Below, piece after piece: positions 12,307 through 25,172 of a DNA stretch of 64,000 bases. The stretch is from assembly GCF_004010195.1 (NCBI RefSeq), contig NC_057712.1, positions 20,224,140 through 20,288,139 of the forward strand, given 5' to 3'. Made by a program: the position numbers and the translations under genes. A model generated the notes under the pieces. The model saw only the letters and a program-made list of their open reading frames with translations. It was not told the DNA's origin and made no database searches. Source of the DNA: Chiloscyllium plagiosum. Taxonomy: Eukaryota. The stretch's first letter is position 1. Each line of letters starts with the position of its first letter.

Positions 12307-13513
12307 ACTCCCCAGGTAAAGCAATTCTCTTTATCAAGAAAGATTCATAGTTTTAGAAGGCATTTGATTGACATTGAATCGGCATCTCCAAATCAGGAAT
12401 AAAATGTACTTTAGACATCCAGGATCAATATGGTGAGCAATTCAGATTTATATCAGTGAGTTTTTAAAACTGTTGCTTTCAGGATAAATTTAAGGTAACT
12501 GCAGTATCTTTAGCATCAGGAACATTTAGGATTGTGTCAAATTCGGCCTACTGCTGAATTCACTCTCTTAGAAACCAACGCCATTTGCAAATGTAACTAA
12601 TTTAAATCTTTCAGGCTCTCTGTTACACACATGATAGCTCCAGCACTTTTGTATGAAGACACCATTAACAGAGTAGCTGTAATAGGGGAAATTGCATAAT
12701 TCCACTTCTGAACTTGCAAAATGTGCGAATCTTGAAATGTCCTTATTGAAATACAGAACTTGCCAGTAGGCTTCAGCTCAAGCCTGTGCCTGGGTTGATT
12801 TTTCTCCCCTTTCAAATTCTGAAGTGCTGCAGCATTGGCTGAAATCTTGCATACAGTTTTCAGTCACAGCAATTTTCCTAATTAGGGACTTTACAGAAAT
12901 TCATAACTGCACTAAAACCTAAATACACTTGCGCATCCTCACAATCTCCTATTTAACCTACTATTCCAGTGAAAATTACCTTATTTACTTCTGCAAACGA
13001 CCAAGAAGGAATTTCTACAACATATTTTACAGTAACTGTTCTTCCTACATTCCCTCTCCCATTAGCCATCAATGGGTTTTCTTGAATGGCTCATTTGAGA
13101 TCAGACAGCTGAACTATAACAATTTCCCTCTGTGTCAGTGACCCTGAAGTACTGCATTTCAATACGCTCAAGAAGACATGAGACTGTCATTTGGCCTACT
13201 AACCTTTCTGCTTCAACAGGCAACATACACAACATACAATTTTCTGGACTTCATCTAATTTACTTGACTTGCAGCAAGTGTGAGAAGAGCGGATAAAGAC
13301 AGGCAAAATGGAGCCTTGAAAAGCTCTTTTTAAATTAAAATAAAAGAGCCCCTTAGGATAAGTCAATGCAAATTTGCAATCTGTATCATTTAATTCAGAC
13401 CAGTTTCACTCCCCAGGTAAAGCAATTCTCTTTATCAAGAAAGATTCATAGTTTTAGAAGGCAATTGACTGACATTGAATCGGCATCTCCAAATCAGGAA
13501 TAAAATGTACTTT
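12307..13513 (+). repeat. 106-bp direct repeat pair (12307-12412 and 13408-13513)
   Basis: ACTCCCCAGGTAAAG...AATAAAATGTACTTT occurs twice, with 2 mismatches, 1101 bp apart. Confidence 0.95.
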
Positions 13514-15992
13514 TTGAACAACATTGCACTTGAAGGGGCACAAACGGGAAACTAAACGTTACTGCAAGATGGCAAATGAGATATGATAAAGTATTAAGGT
13601 AATCAATTTTCTTACTATTTATGCCTGATGCTGGAGTATAGTACATGAATGGTAGGAGCTACGTGATCCATTACTTTAATGCAAATGCCTAAAAAGAGGT
13701 ACTTTCGGTCTGTTTGATTGTGGGGTCAGAGTGAAACCCAAAATACAAGATATTTCCTGCAACAATTTACAACTTCTTTGGACCCATCTTTTGTGAGTTA
13801 TAGCCTCACTTTTCCCTTCACCATCATAATGTTGCTCAGTTGATTTCTCCAGCTCTCCATCTCATCACAGACATTCCTTTTTTGCTGTTTTCCCATCTCG
13901 ATGCTCCACAGAAAGTGAAAATCATCTAATTATGATTTTTTTAAAAATCCTTTCCATGGGTTGTGAACATCAACAATAAAGCCAGCATTAAATGTTGATC
14001 CCCAACTGCCCTTGAGAAGGTGGAAGTGAGACACATCTTGAACTTTTGGAGTTCATCTGGTCTACATTCACCTATTATGCCATTTGGAAGAGAGTTTCAG
14101 GACATTTTACCCGCTAACATTGAAGGAATGACAATATAGTTCTTCTGATGATACGAATGACTGGAGCTTACAGATGGTGCCCCCGTGTGTTTATTACACG
14201 TATCCTTCAAGATGGTATAGGTCATGGATTTGGAAGGTGCTGTCAAATGAAACTTTTACAAGATGATCTAAAGCAACTCACCAAAGGCGGATCTATGACA
14301 GTAGAAGGTAGTGAATTGGTACAGGGGGAGTTGATCAATTAAGTGGCAACTTCTTCCTAGACTATGTTGAGCTTCTAGATTCACTCATCCAGGGAAATGA
14401 AATACATTTCATCACACTATTGAATTGTGTTTTGTTGATGATGGACAGGCTTTTGAGGGTCAGGAGGGAAAGTATCCCTACAGAGCTCCCAGCCTTTGAC
14501 AAGATTTTATGGTCAAGGTATTTAAAAAGCTGGCCCAATTCAGTTCCTGCTCAATTATATCCTAGGGATGTTGTCGGGTGGGGGGTGGGCAGGGGTAATT
14601 CAAAGGCAGTTCAATTCTCTCCAGTTGGAAATGATCACTGCCTGGCATTTGTGTTGGACAAATGCTACTTGCCTGATGTAGTCCAGATCTTGTTGCAGAT
14701 AGGCACGGTTTGCTTCAGTTTGCATCAGGTGTGATTGGTACTGAACACTGCAATCTTCAGGGAACATCCTCACTTTGATCTAATGATAGAGATAAGGCAA
14801 TTGATGAAGCAGCTAAAGATATATCTGAATCTTGGACACTACCCTGAATATCTCTGCAGGAGTTCCTAAGACTAACCTGATTGGCCCCCAACTATTACTA
14901 CCATCCACAGTCTTCAGTATGACCACAACCAATGGAGAGATTCCCCACTAATTCTCATTGACTTAAAGTCTGTCAAGATCTTGATGTCAAGGGGAGTCAC
15001 TCTAACTTCATCTGTGGAACTCAGATTTTGTATCCATGTTTCAACCAAGGCTGTAATCAGGTAATTGACCTGTAACATTGACTCTCTAAACTATAACCAC
15101 AGATAATGTTTGACCTGCTGCTGTTTCCAGAATTTTCCATGTTAATTACACAATTTGTTTTTAAGTAATGAGCGCTGACACATTTAAAATTAAAACAAAT
15201 GCTTTTAGCATTACATTCGAAACTTCAGTCCTAAAGCATTAAGTTAGCGCATTCTCTTTCCTGTCATTCTTTTCACACTTTTCCAAAAACTGTTGCTTTA
15301 CTTTCCACACTCCAGCAGTGGCATTTAACACAGACTGATCATATTAATAGATTATCTTGAATAGATGTTCTCCATCATGGCCTGTAAGGACCTGTGAGAA
15401 AGTTTCAAGAGGAGTGCTAAAAGAAATACACAAAGAAATGCATGTTTTAATTGTTGTCTGAATCTGCCATCTTCCAGATCAATAATCTTTGTATAACTTG
15501 ATCTTGATGTTGCCACTCGGTTATATCACCTGTCCAACCAGTGCAGTTTTATAGGGGTCTCAGGTCAGAGGCTGTCATTGTGTCTCAGGCATTGCCAGAT
15601 GAGGCGTAGGGTGCACGACGAAGGTACACAAAGACTTGTTCAACATTCAGATTATCAACAGCAACTTCAAAGAATACTGGATTTCCACAATTCAACATGT
15701 TTTGACAAAGACAAATATAGGTCTTGTCAGAATTATCACACAGCACCAGCAACATGTTTCACATTAATAAGTAAAACAAAATAATACATATTTGATGTGC
15801 ATACCAAATTTTATGTAGAAAAAACATTACATAAACTTCTGTTGTACTATAGCAGATTAGTGGAACTTTTCAAAACAAGAAAGGGCCCTTAGAAAGAAAA
15901 TGTCTGAAACACCTGATTTGGAAACCTTGAATTCAGACTGTTAATACTTCAATTTATGCACATGAAATTTTGTATTTCTAACATGTTGAATG

Positions 15993-16128
15993 GTTCTAAG
16001 AAAGGGCTACTCTACCCGAAACGTTACTTCTGATTTCTCTGCACAGATGCTGCCAGACCTGCTGAGTTTTTCCAGCAAATTCTGCTTTTGTTTCCGATTT
16101 AAAGCATTTGCAGTTTTTCGGTTTTTAC
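15993..16128 (+). mobile_element. Degenerate Penelope-like short element (family C)
   Basis: GTTCTAAGAAAGGG..CCCGAAACGTTA..CAGATGCTGCCAGACCTGCTGAG. Similar copies at 38615-38820 (palindromic), 39415-39530, 41198-41245 and 57153-57245. Confidence 0.6.
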
Positions 16129-19100
16129 TTGAATGGCTTTATCTTTGGTTCTGATCCAATTCAGCATCTCCTTTAAAATAATGACAATTTCATGCCAATC
16201 TAAATCCTTGTACTTTACTGTATTCCTGGTAGCAATACTGACACAGAATTAATGTTCTGAAAAAAAACTAGGGTAACTGATTCAAGATTCTCAGACTACA
16301 TACAAAAGACTGGGTATATGGTCACAAAATCTCTTAATTAGTTCACTGTGGTGCAATTACCTTGGGATTGCACAAAACAGGAAGTCAAGAAGTAAAATCA
16401 AGGTAAACAAAAAAAAAGCAGCAAGGAAGGAGTAGCAGTTATAAAAAAATGCACAGAAAACAGCAAATTGATACTTAAATGCAACTGTTAAGGATAGCAT
16501 GAAAGAGGTCAGAAATATGTGCCGTATAAACAATAAGTTGTAACAAAATATAAATTTCTCCTTCCATGCAAACAGAATAAATTTTAGTGTCCACACTTTG
16601 TGTCTATTTTCATTCATACAGTGAAATGAAGAGAGAAAGGTAATCATAATAGGGTAGTGGTTAATAATCAGATGATAATCAGCACAAGTATTGGGTTACA
16701 CCATAATAATACTTCTGTCTGTCAAAGGTTACACCTGTTATGTCTGTAATTAGGCACTGAAATGTCCCTAAAATGCAGATTAATGTGAAACCGGAGAGTA
16801 ATTCTAAATGCCTACCTCAAATTTCAAGCCATTCCATTCCTCTCAAGCAGAATGAACCAATACGACATATCACATTATTTTACTGCAGTACTTGCATCTA
16901 GTTTGTTCAGGGAAGGACTCATTGAAATATTTATTCTTGGGTATTCAAAACAAAACCAATTTTGTGCAAGCACTCTATTACACTGCATGCCATCGAATTT
17001 ACTGAAAGTTGGGGATAGGTGGGGTGTGGGGGTTGCAATAAGTTTGGTGAGGGAGAAAATGTAGGTCCAGGATATCACAGGTGATCAGGGTATGTGACTG
17101 AGTAAGGCTTAAGGTGTGCAAGCATCTCAGTTAAAGATTTGGCATATTTGACATCTTGTGCCAAGGAGTATGATAATAAAGTATGTGGCTTCAATGAAAT
17201 GGCATACCATTTATGTGACTCCTTTCAAGAAGTGTATTTGTAATTTAATTTTAGCTTTGTCTGCATAAAACCTATTATAGCTTCTCAATCTTCACATACA
17301 CTTTTAGTATTGTACACACATTACTATGGACATAAAGTTCAACTAGAATAAATTATCTTATGTTCATCATATTTCAGTGTCTGTAGGTATAGACTTTAAA
17401 TATCAAACAGCTAGGGTCTTAGCATGAAAATCCAAAACCTGACAATCTAACTCACTTAATTCTGGTGCTAGTGGAAGAGTTACTTCTAATGTTCCAGACT
17501 AAAAGTTCCCAATTCCTCTTTGCAATAGAAAGACATAGAGATAGCAAGTAAAGCAGTGTGAAATGAAAATCAGCTAGAAAATTAGCTAAACAAATGAACA
17601 AAAGGAGAGCAAAGACAAGAGACTGGAAGAGAAATGAAATGACCCATTTCCATGTTTAACATTAGCTCAAACATTAAATACTATCTTCAATATATTCTGT
17701 TAGACAGTCTTAGTACCTAGCACCTCCTTTCAATGCAAGTTGTGTACACTAGCTCTGACCTGAATAAAGCTTTTAAGTTTAAAGTTCAGACAAGTTGCTA
17801 TTGTGTCAGTGAGAAAATTTGCAGGGTTACTTGTATTTGTTTAAAATTACTGTACAAGGATAATGTTTAAACCCTACAATTTCCAATAATTAACTCAATT
17901 GCAAGCTTACATGAAGGCTATCATATCAAGCAGCGACTTGTGAGTACTGAGAACTCTGTTTTGGATTTTGTCAAAATAACCAGTTACCTTTGTCAGTCCC
18001 CTTAGTACAGCTCCAATAACATACCATAACGTTTATTATTCCCTAATTAGGTATTTTTACAGAAATTCTAACAGTGCCAAAGCACAAACATTTAATGTTT
18101 GACAAGCAACACATTTTTGGTTCATGGAGTGGAATTTTCCCTGTGCATAATGCCTGAAGAAAACTTTCCAATGGACACCACGGTTGCTGTTGTACCAAGT
18201 TATTCTTAATGTCTGCTATTTCTAATTGGCATTTCAGCAAAAAGGGAAATAATAATTCACTGTACTTCCGACTATAACTCTATGATTATGATCATCAAAA
18301 GAGAGATAGAAGAAGCAAAGAAAAACAAGTGCTGAAGAAAATCTCACAGAAGTGCCTTTCAGAATTTTGTTTGGATTGCAGTATCCACAGAGATCCTGCT
18401 TCAGCTTTCCGTAGGCCAGGCTGTTGGCAATTCAAGAGTTAGAAATACATTTACAGTGCTACCACTGGTGCCATCTCCGAAGCACACATTTTGTTCATAA
18501 AATGCACTTCGCATTATAAATTACTTGCTTCTGTAAATCTTATGCCAGTAAAGATCCATCTTTTCCTGGGGCTCAGAATGTGCTGCTAGTAGTCTGACCT
18601 TAGTCTGTGACATGTCTGAGCCATGACGTAAAATTGTATTATAATGCATGTATTAGACACTCGGCTGTCTCGCCACCTGTTCACACACAGGCTTGAATTT
18701 TATTTAAAACAGTAGAACATGACACTAATCAATCTCCTGTGGTATCACTCACAGCGAGTTGGAAAGCATACTGTTTAACAATAATGTGAGATGTTCTTAA
18801 AAAATGACAGAAAAAATTATGAGGTTAATAAAATGACTTTTGTTTATATATTGCCTTTCATTGCCTCAAAATATTACAATGAAATACTTGGAAGGGTAGT
18901 CATGATTGTAATATATGATATGCAAATTTTCCCTATCAGCAACATATCTATAAATAGTAATGAGTTAATGGTCAGACAATCTGTTTTGTGATTTTGCTTG
19001 AAGGATAAATAATAGTAAGGATATTCTCCTGTTCTTCAATCACAGGATGTTTGTATCCAGGTGGGGTGTTCGTTTAACATCTGATATTAGAGCAAATGTT

Positions 19101-22049
19101 ACAAAGGTGAACCCTGTACTTTCAATTTTTAAATATTATTGACAGAAGAACAACACTGGGAATGGGAATAGATTGCTCAAGCCCTTGAATCTTCTCAGTT
19201 AGATCATCACTGAAATGTTGGTCAATGCTATCTACCTAAATTAACTTAATATCACTCATTTAAGAAAAATCCATCCCATTGTTGTGTACTGCCATACCTT
19301 CTTGCAGCCATTGGGAAGGCATAGGCTTTTGATATATTGTAGTTTATTTATTTGTGCCAGACATCACTGGCAAGAGAGCTTTTATTGTTCATCTGTAATT
19401 GCTCTCAGGTAGGTGGTGGTGGGCTAACTTCATTTGCTGCTGCAGTCTAGGCAGTGAAGTTAATCCTACAGTGTAGTTAAGCAACAAGTTCCTGAATTTG
19501 GATTCAGCCACAATAAAGGAATATTTCTGAGTAAGAATGGTGTGTGACTTGGAGAGGAACATGGAGATGTCTTCTGTCCTTGTCCTTTTACTTGGATATG
19601 GACTTGAAATGCCACAGAACAAGATTTAGAAATTGGAATTCGGCCAGATAGCTATTTTCCTGCTACACAAACACAAAGGGCCAAATGTTTTTTTTCTGTT
19701 GCAGAGATTTTTAGTATTTCATGCGGTTGGGGTCAAGGGTTTAGATCTGGTGTTGAAGGAGCTACTATAGTGTGTCTTGTAGATGGTACACACAGATCAG
19801 AGTTGTGCATGTGAAGGAGGGAATGAATGCTTTAAGGTGCATGATGGGATGCTGTTTTGTACTAGATAGTTTTTAACCTCTAATGTTTTTGGAACAGTAC
19901 CATCTAGGTACATAGGATGCATTCAGTAGCATCCCTGACTTCTAACCCTAAAGATGTCGAGAAGACTTTGGGGAGTCAAGAGATGAGTCATGCTTCAGAA
20001 CACCGAACCTCTGAAATGCTCGAGTAGCCACAATATTTAAGTCATTGCTCCTGTTAAGACAGAGTGGCACCTGGGATGTTAATGGCAGGGGCTAAAGGTA
20101 AAATCACCATAGTCCTACCAGACCATAAGGTTGTTCTCACATTAGATAAATGATTGGTGGTGATTTAATCTGAAGGTCACTTCACTTCAGGCCAGTATAG
20201 AGATTCAGATCAAAAATCCTTCACTCTAATCTCAGCCAATGTGGGAATTGAACATGTGCTGATGGTATTACTCTGCAATGCAAACAGGCTAACTGAGCTA
20301 AACATGCCCCCAAATATCAGGTGGAGGTGCTTAGATTTTCCCTGCTTTTTGATGGTCATTTTCATTGGCTTTCAGTAAGTAGAATTTTGTTTAAGATGGA
20401 ATTTTGCAAAGATTAATTTGAAGAGCAACAGCAACTAACATAAACAGTACAGCATCATACTTAATTGATCCATTTGATTGCCACTCTCCTGAGTCACCAC
20501 TTATGAAAGAAACAAAAACTATTTACAATCCAGATTAGATTCTTGATGTATTAGGATTTTCATAAACATTTACACTCTAAAAGGTGTTTTGATTAAACCA
20601 CCATATGTAAACCACCTAAGAGCACTGAGATCAACTCGGTCTAACTCAACTCTGTCATGTCGAACCAAGCTCATAGAAGCTGCCATTTACACTTTCCTAG
20701 CAGCACAATTCTGAGCCTCAGTATCACAGTGAATATTGGGACAATCACTGGATATACTCCCATGAGCACATTATCAGAGATGCAGAGACTGTCCCCAAGA
20801 TTTAGAACATCACTGTTATGAATGATGCAAGACACGTTTATTAGTTAATGCACAGTGGTACTTTGAGCTTTCAAATCAGTCAGACCATGTGTCTATATAT
20901 GGAGCGCACAAGCCTTCTCTGGCAAAATTGAGAATGTGTTACTTAATGTAGTTATACTAGCAAGCACTAACAAGACAATGTTAATATTTACAAGATTGAA
21001 AATCATCAGGTCTCTCCCTGTAAAAAATTAAACCTTTTTGAAACTTCACACTCTGGTCATCTATTGACATTGTGTTAAATATAAAATTCTCTTCATCTTC
21101 TAAATTCTCCCATAATCACATCCTTACCTTATACTTGCCTCATGAAGTATGACATCTCTTCCCATTCTGTCTTCTTACTCCAGACTCTTTTTCAATCACA
21201 TCAGTGGCAAGACTGACAGCAACCTTAGTCACAAACTCCTAAATTGAATTCCCTTTCTTTAAAAATCTTATAGAATCATACAGCACGGAAACAGACTCTT
21301 TGCGCCAACCAAGCACTCACTCTAACCTTTCTCCTCCATGAGTCCTTGTCTACATCCATTTAAAAATGCATGATTTCACTTTTGACTTCCTGCCCTGACT
21401 TGCACCTTCAGAATAAAATATAAGCTACTTGAAGATAGTACCATCCCTTGTGAATATTTAGGGGAGAATTTTATTTTTTTTAAAGAGAGGTTTGCTTTTC
21501 AACAGTGTGAATACATTTTAAACTTCAAACTCATGCTAAAGATTTAACTGTAGTCTATCCAATGTTCAAAATTAATTACCTCTCCCTGAAGAGGATTTTA
21601 CATAACAAGCTATATATCTAAATGTACACTCATTTCATGAAAATACATTTGTTCATGTCAAAACATAGCCCATAGATACTGACAACTCCATATATGGATC
21701 ATGATGCACAAGCCATATAGGAACCTCTCTAAACAAGAAGCAAGTGGCGTTAAAGTCTGGTTATTTTCCATGAATTGATCACTTGTATAAAACGAAACAT
21801 GTGACAAAATCAGGATGATATCAAAAATAGCAATGCTATTTTCTGTAATGTTTAGAAAGACAGGAATGAAATCTACCACATATGCCCGATTTTAGCAAGG
21901 ATTTAGCAGCTGGCATCCTGGATCATTAAGTACCTCTGCAAATTAAAGCTAAAAATGGAATCAATTCTACAACGTCTAGGCATTTCCGTAAATAAGCACT
22001 CTGTGCATTCTGACGAAATGGAAGTCTTTGGCTTAAGAGAAATGTACGA

Positions 22050-23500
22050 AGTAGCAATCTGGTTACCACTGATGCACCGCCACCTCTTATGATTTGGCAA
22101 ACATTACAACGGGAACACGGTTAAGTGCCAACGTCGGGCGACAAATAAGGACCCAGAGAGAAAATAAAAAATCACGGCAAGCAGTTCCTTTGTGCCAAAT
22201 TCGCCTACGTCCGTCCGACTGTCATCTTAACTAAGTACATGTACTGTATTGGTACTAATGTGATACATGTGCGATTTTGACTGGCGAGATGCGATCCCGG
22301 TGCAGGGAGACAAAGCAATGGGTGCAGAACCTCCTTCGTTGTCCGCCTGGTTTCAAAATAAAAGCTTGCCACATTCCTGACCATTTCGGAGGTAAAGTTG
22401 GCAAACGCATAAACCGTAACGAGAGCGGATCCGGAGTTGTGGATCATTTCAGATTCCACTCCGCGCACAAACATACACACACTAGACCCACCTTTGTCTC
22501 TTTAGTTGGGGGTTCAGTTGCAAAACCTGTCGAAACAGAAGCTGTTCAATAAAGCCCTGTTCTTTCTCCGCTCCCGGAGACTCTGCTCAAATTCGAGTGT
22601 TGTGTATTTTTGTGCGTGAGACTGTGTGTTTGCTTCGCTCCTCTATTGTCTACATAGGTGGCACCGGCTGCACCCGGCAGTAGAAACGCGACACAGATTG
22701 CACTCCATGGACGGCTAGCTGCGTCACTGCCAGCATCGCCAGCCAGCCCACCTCCTGGGCTGCGCTTGCTGCACCAGCGGCCAATGAAACCCCAGCCACA
22801 ATCGAATCGGGAGAACGTGTATCTGTCTGTCTGTCTGTGTGGAGGGTGGGGGAGAAGCAATGTGTACAATGGCAGTGGAAGACCGGGTGAACCGGTCAGC
22901 GGGACAGTAACAATGGAACGCCGGGTGAACCGTTGCTAAGTGGGGTTACAGTGGTAATGGAACGCCGGGTGAACCGTTGCTAAGTGGGGGGTACAGTGGT
23001 AATGGAACGCCAGGTGAACCGTTGCTAAGTGGGGATACAGTGGTAATGGATCTCCGGGTGAACCGTTGCTAAGTGGGGGGTACAGTGGTAATGGAACGCC
23101 AGGTGAACCGTTGCTAAGTGGGGATACAGGAGTAATGGATCTCCGGGTGAACCGTTGCTAAGTGGGGATACAGTGGTAATGGAACGCCGGGTGAACCGTT
23201 GCTCAGCAGCGGCCGGTATATCGAGCCCCTTGTTGCCGTATGCCTCTTGTATTGAGGTGATAGCGACTCGACCTGGCCTTATAGCCTTGTTGTCGAAGTT
23301 GCATTGGTGGGATGAAGGGCTTGGTTCCATCTGTCCCCCTATGAGAGTCTTGGCACTGATTCCCTTCCCCCGCGAGGTTAAGTACTGCACGCGGGTTTTA
23401 ATGCGGTTGCAAAAACTAAAACAGAGGGACACATCCATTGCAATATTTAGGAAACGCCACTGGGGCTCTTTTACGCAGTGAGTGAAAGGGAAAGTTTAAT
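22050..23500. promoter_or_regulatory. CpG island, probable promoter of the neighbouring gene (RNF144A expected from human synteny)
   Basis: Abrupt rise in GC and CpG content in AT-rich DNA; CCAAT at 22781; CRE-like TGCGTCA at about 22720. No coding exon recognised, so gene identity is inference only. Confidence 0.6.
22904..23203 (+). repeat. Minisatellite/VNTR, about 7 copies of a 44-45 bp unit
   Basis: Unit ACAGTGGTAATGGAACGCCGGGTGAACCGTTGCTAAGTGGGGAT, with variants, in tandem. Confidence 0.95.
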
Positions 23501-23760
23501 TTTATTCTTTCATCGGACATTACCGGCTCTGGCAAAGGCAGCGTTTCGTTGCTCGTCTCTAACTGCCTTTCAGAAATGAAGATGGATTATGGGACCGCCA
23601 CTTTTACTTTATCCAAATGATGCAGGGATATACACAATACTGTCATGTGCCATTATTAGAATTCTGAAGTAGCCAAAGTATTTGCGTTTATGGCCACTGG
23701 GTGATTCAGCCCTGTTAATACCATTAAGTGTCGAGGGTAGATGTTTAGATTGGTTCTAGT

Positions 23761-25172
23761 TACAGAGTCATAGAGAGGTATCGCACGGAAAACAGACCCT
23801 TCGGTCCAACTTGTCCACGCCGACCAGATATCCCAACCCAATCTAGTCCCACTTGCCAGCACCTGGCCATATCCCTCAAAACCCTTCCTATTCATATACC
23901 CTTCCAGATACCTTTTAAATGTTGCAATTGTACTAACCTTCACTACTTCCTCTGGCAGCTCATTCTATACACGTTCCAACGTTGGCATGAAAAAGTTGCC
24001 CTTGGGTCTTGTTGATATCTTTCCCTCCTCACCCTAAACCAATGCCCTCTAGTTCTGGACTCCCCCACCCCAGGGAAAAGACTTTGTCTACTTATCCTAT
24101 CCATGCCCCTCGTGATTTTATAAACCTCTATAAGGTCAACCCTCAGCTTCTAATGCTCCAGGGAAAACAACCCTAGCCTATTACACCACGCCCTTTAGCT
24201 CAAATCATCCAACTCTGTAGGGTTCCATTACCACTGCATCCCCACTACACCTCCAATTTGGTGTCATCTGCAAACTTACTAACTGTACCTCTTATGCTCA
24301 CATTCAAATAATTTATATAAATGATGAAATGTAGTAGACCCAGCACCGATCCTTGTGGCACTCCACTGGTCACAGGCCTCCAGTCTGAAAAATAACTCTC
24401 CGCCACCACTCTCTGCCTTTTACCTTTGAGCCAGTTCTGTATCCAAATAGCTACTTCTCCCTGTATTCCGTGTGATGTAACCTTGCTAACCAGTCTCCCA
24501 TGGGGAACCTTGTCGAACACCTTACTGAAGTTCATTTAGATCACGTCTATCGCTTTGCCTTCATCAATCCTCTTTGTTACTTCAAAAAACTCGATCAAGT
24601 TTGTGAAACATGATTTCCCACGCACAAAGCCATGTTGACTATCCCTAATCAGTCCTTGTCTTTCCAAATACATGTAAATCCTGTCCCTCAGGATTCCCTC
24701 CAACAACTTGCCCACCACCAATGTCAGGCTCACTGGTCTATAGTTCCCTGGCTTGTCCTTACCACCTTTCTTCAACAGTGGCACCACGTTAGCCAACCTC
24801 CAGTCTTCCAGCACCTCACCTGTGACTATCTATGATACAAATATCTCAGCAAGAGACCCAGCAATCACTTCCCTAGCTTCCCAACAGAGGTCTAGGGTAC
24901 ACCTGATCAGGTCATGGGGATTTATCCACCTTTAACCGTTTCAAGACATCCAGCATTTCCTCCTCTGCAATATGGATATTTTGCAAGATGTCACCATCTA
25001 TTTCCCAACATTCTATATCTTCCAGGTCCTTTTCCATAGTAAATACTGATGCAAAATACTTGTTTAGTATCTCCCCTACCTCCTGCGGCTCCACACAAAG
25101 GCCGCCTTGCTGAACTTTCAGGGGCCCTATTCTCTCCCTAATTACCCTTTTGTCCTTGATGTATTTGTAAAA
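23761..25172 (-). mobile_element. CR1 LINE fragment with internal deletion
   Basis: RT motifs NYRPVSLT, VPQGSVLG and KFADDTK; 3' tail CTCTATGACTC; deletion junction at about 24217-24246. Confidence 0.92.

Noticed and set aside
13960-15060. ORFs at 14148 and 14420, and similar DNA at 19350-20050
   Set aside because: Looks like highly decayed LINE sequence; no coherent protein or splice structure.
22904-23203. CRISPR-like array
   Set aside because: The units are contiguous tandem repeats without unique spacers, in vertebrate DNA with no cas genes.
22205-23481. ORFs in the CpG island as coding exons (for example RNF144A)
   Set aside because: No RING/IBR motifs or other recognisable similarity; open frames are explained by high GC content and the VNTR.
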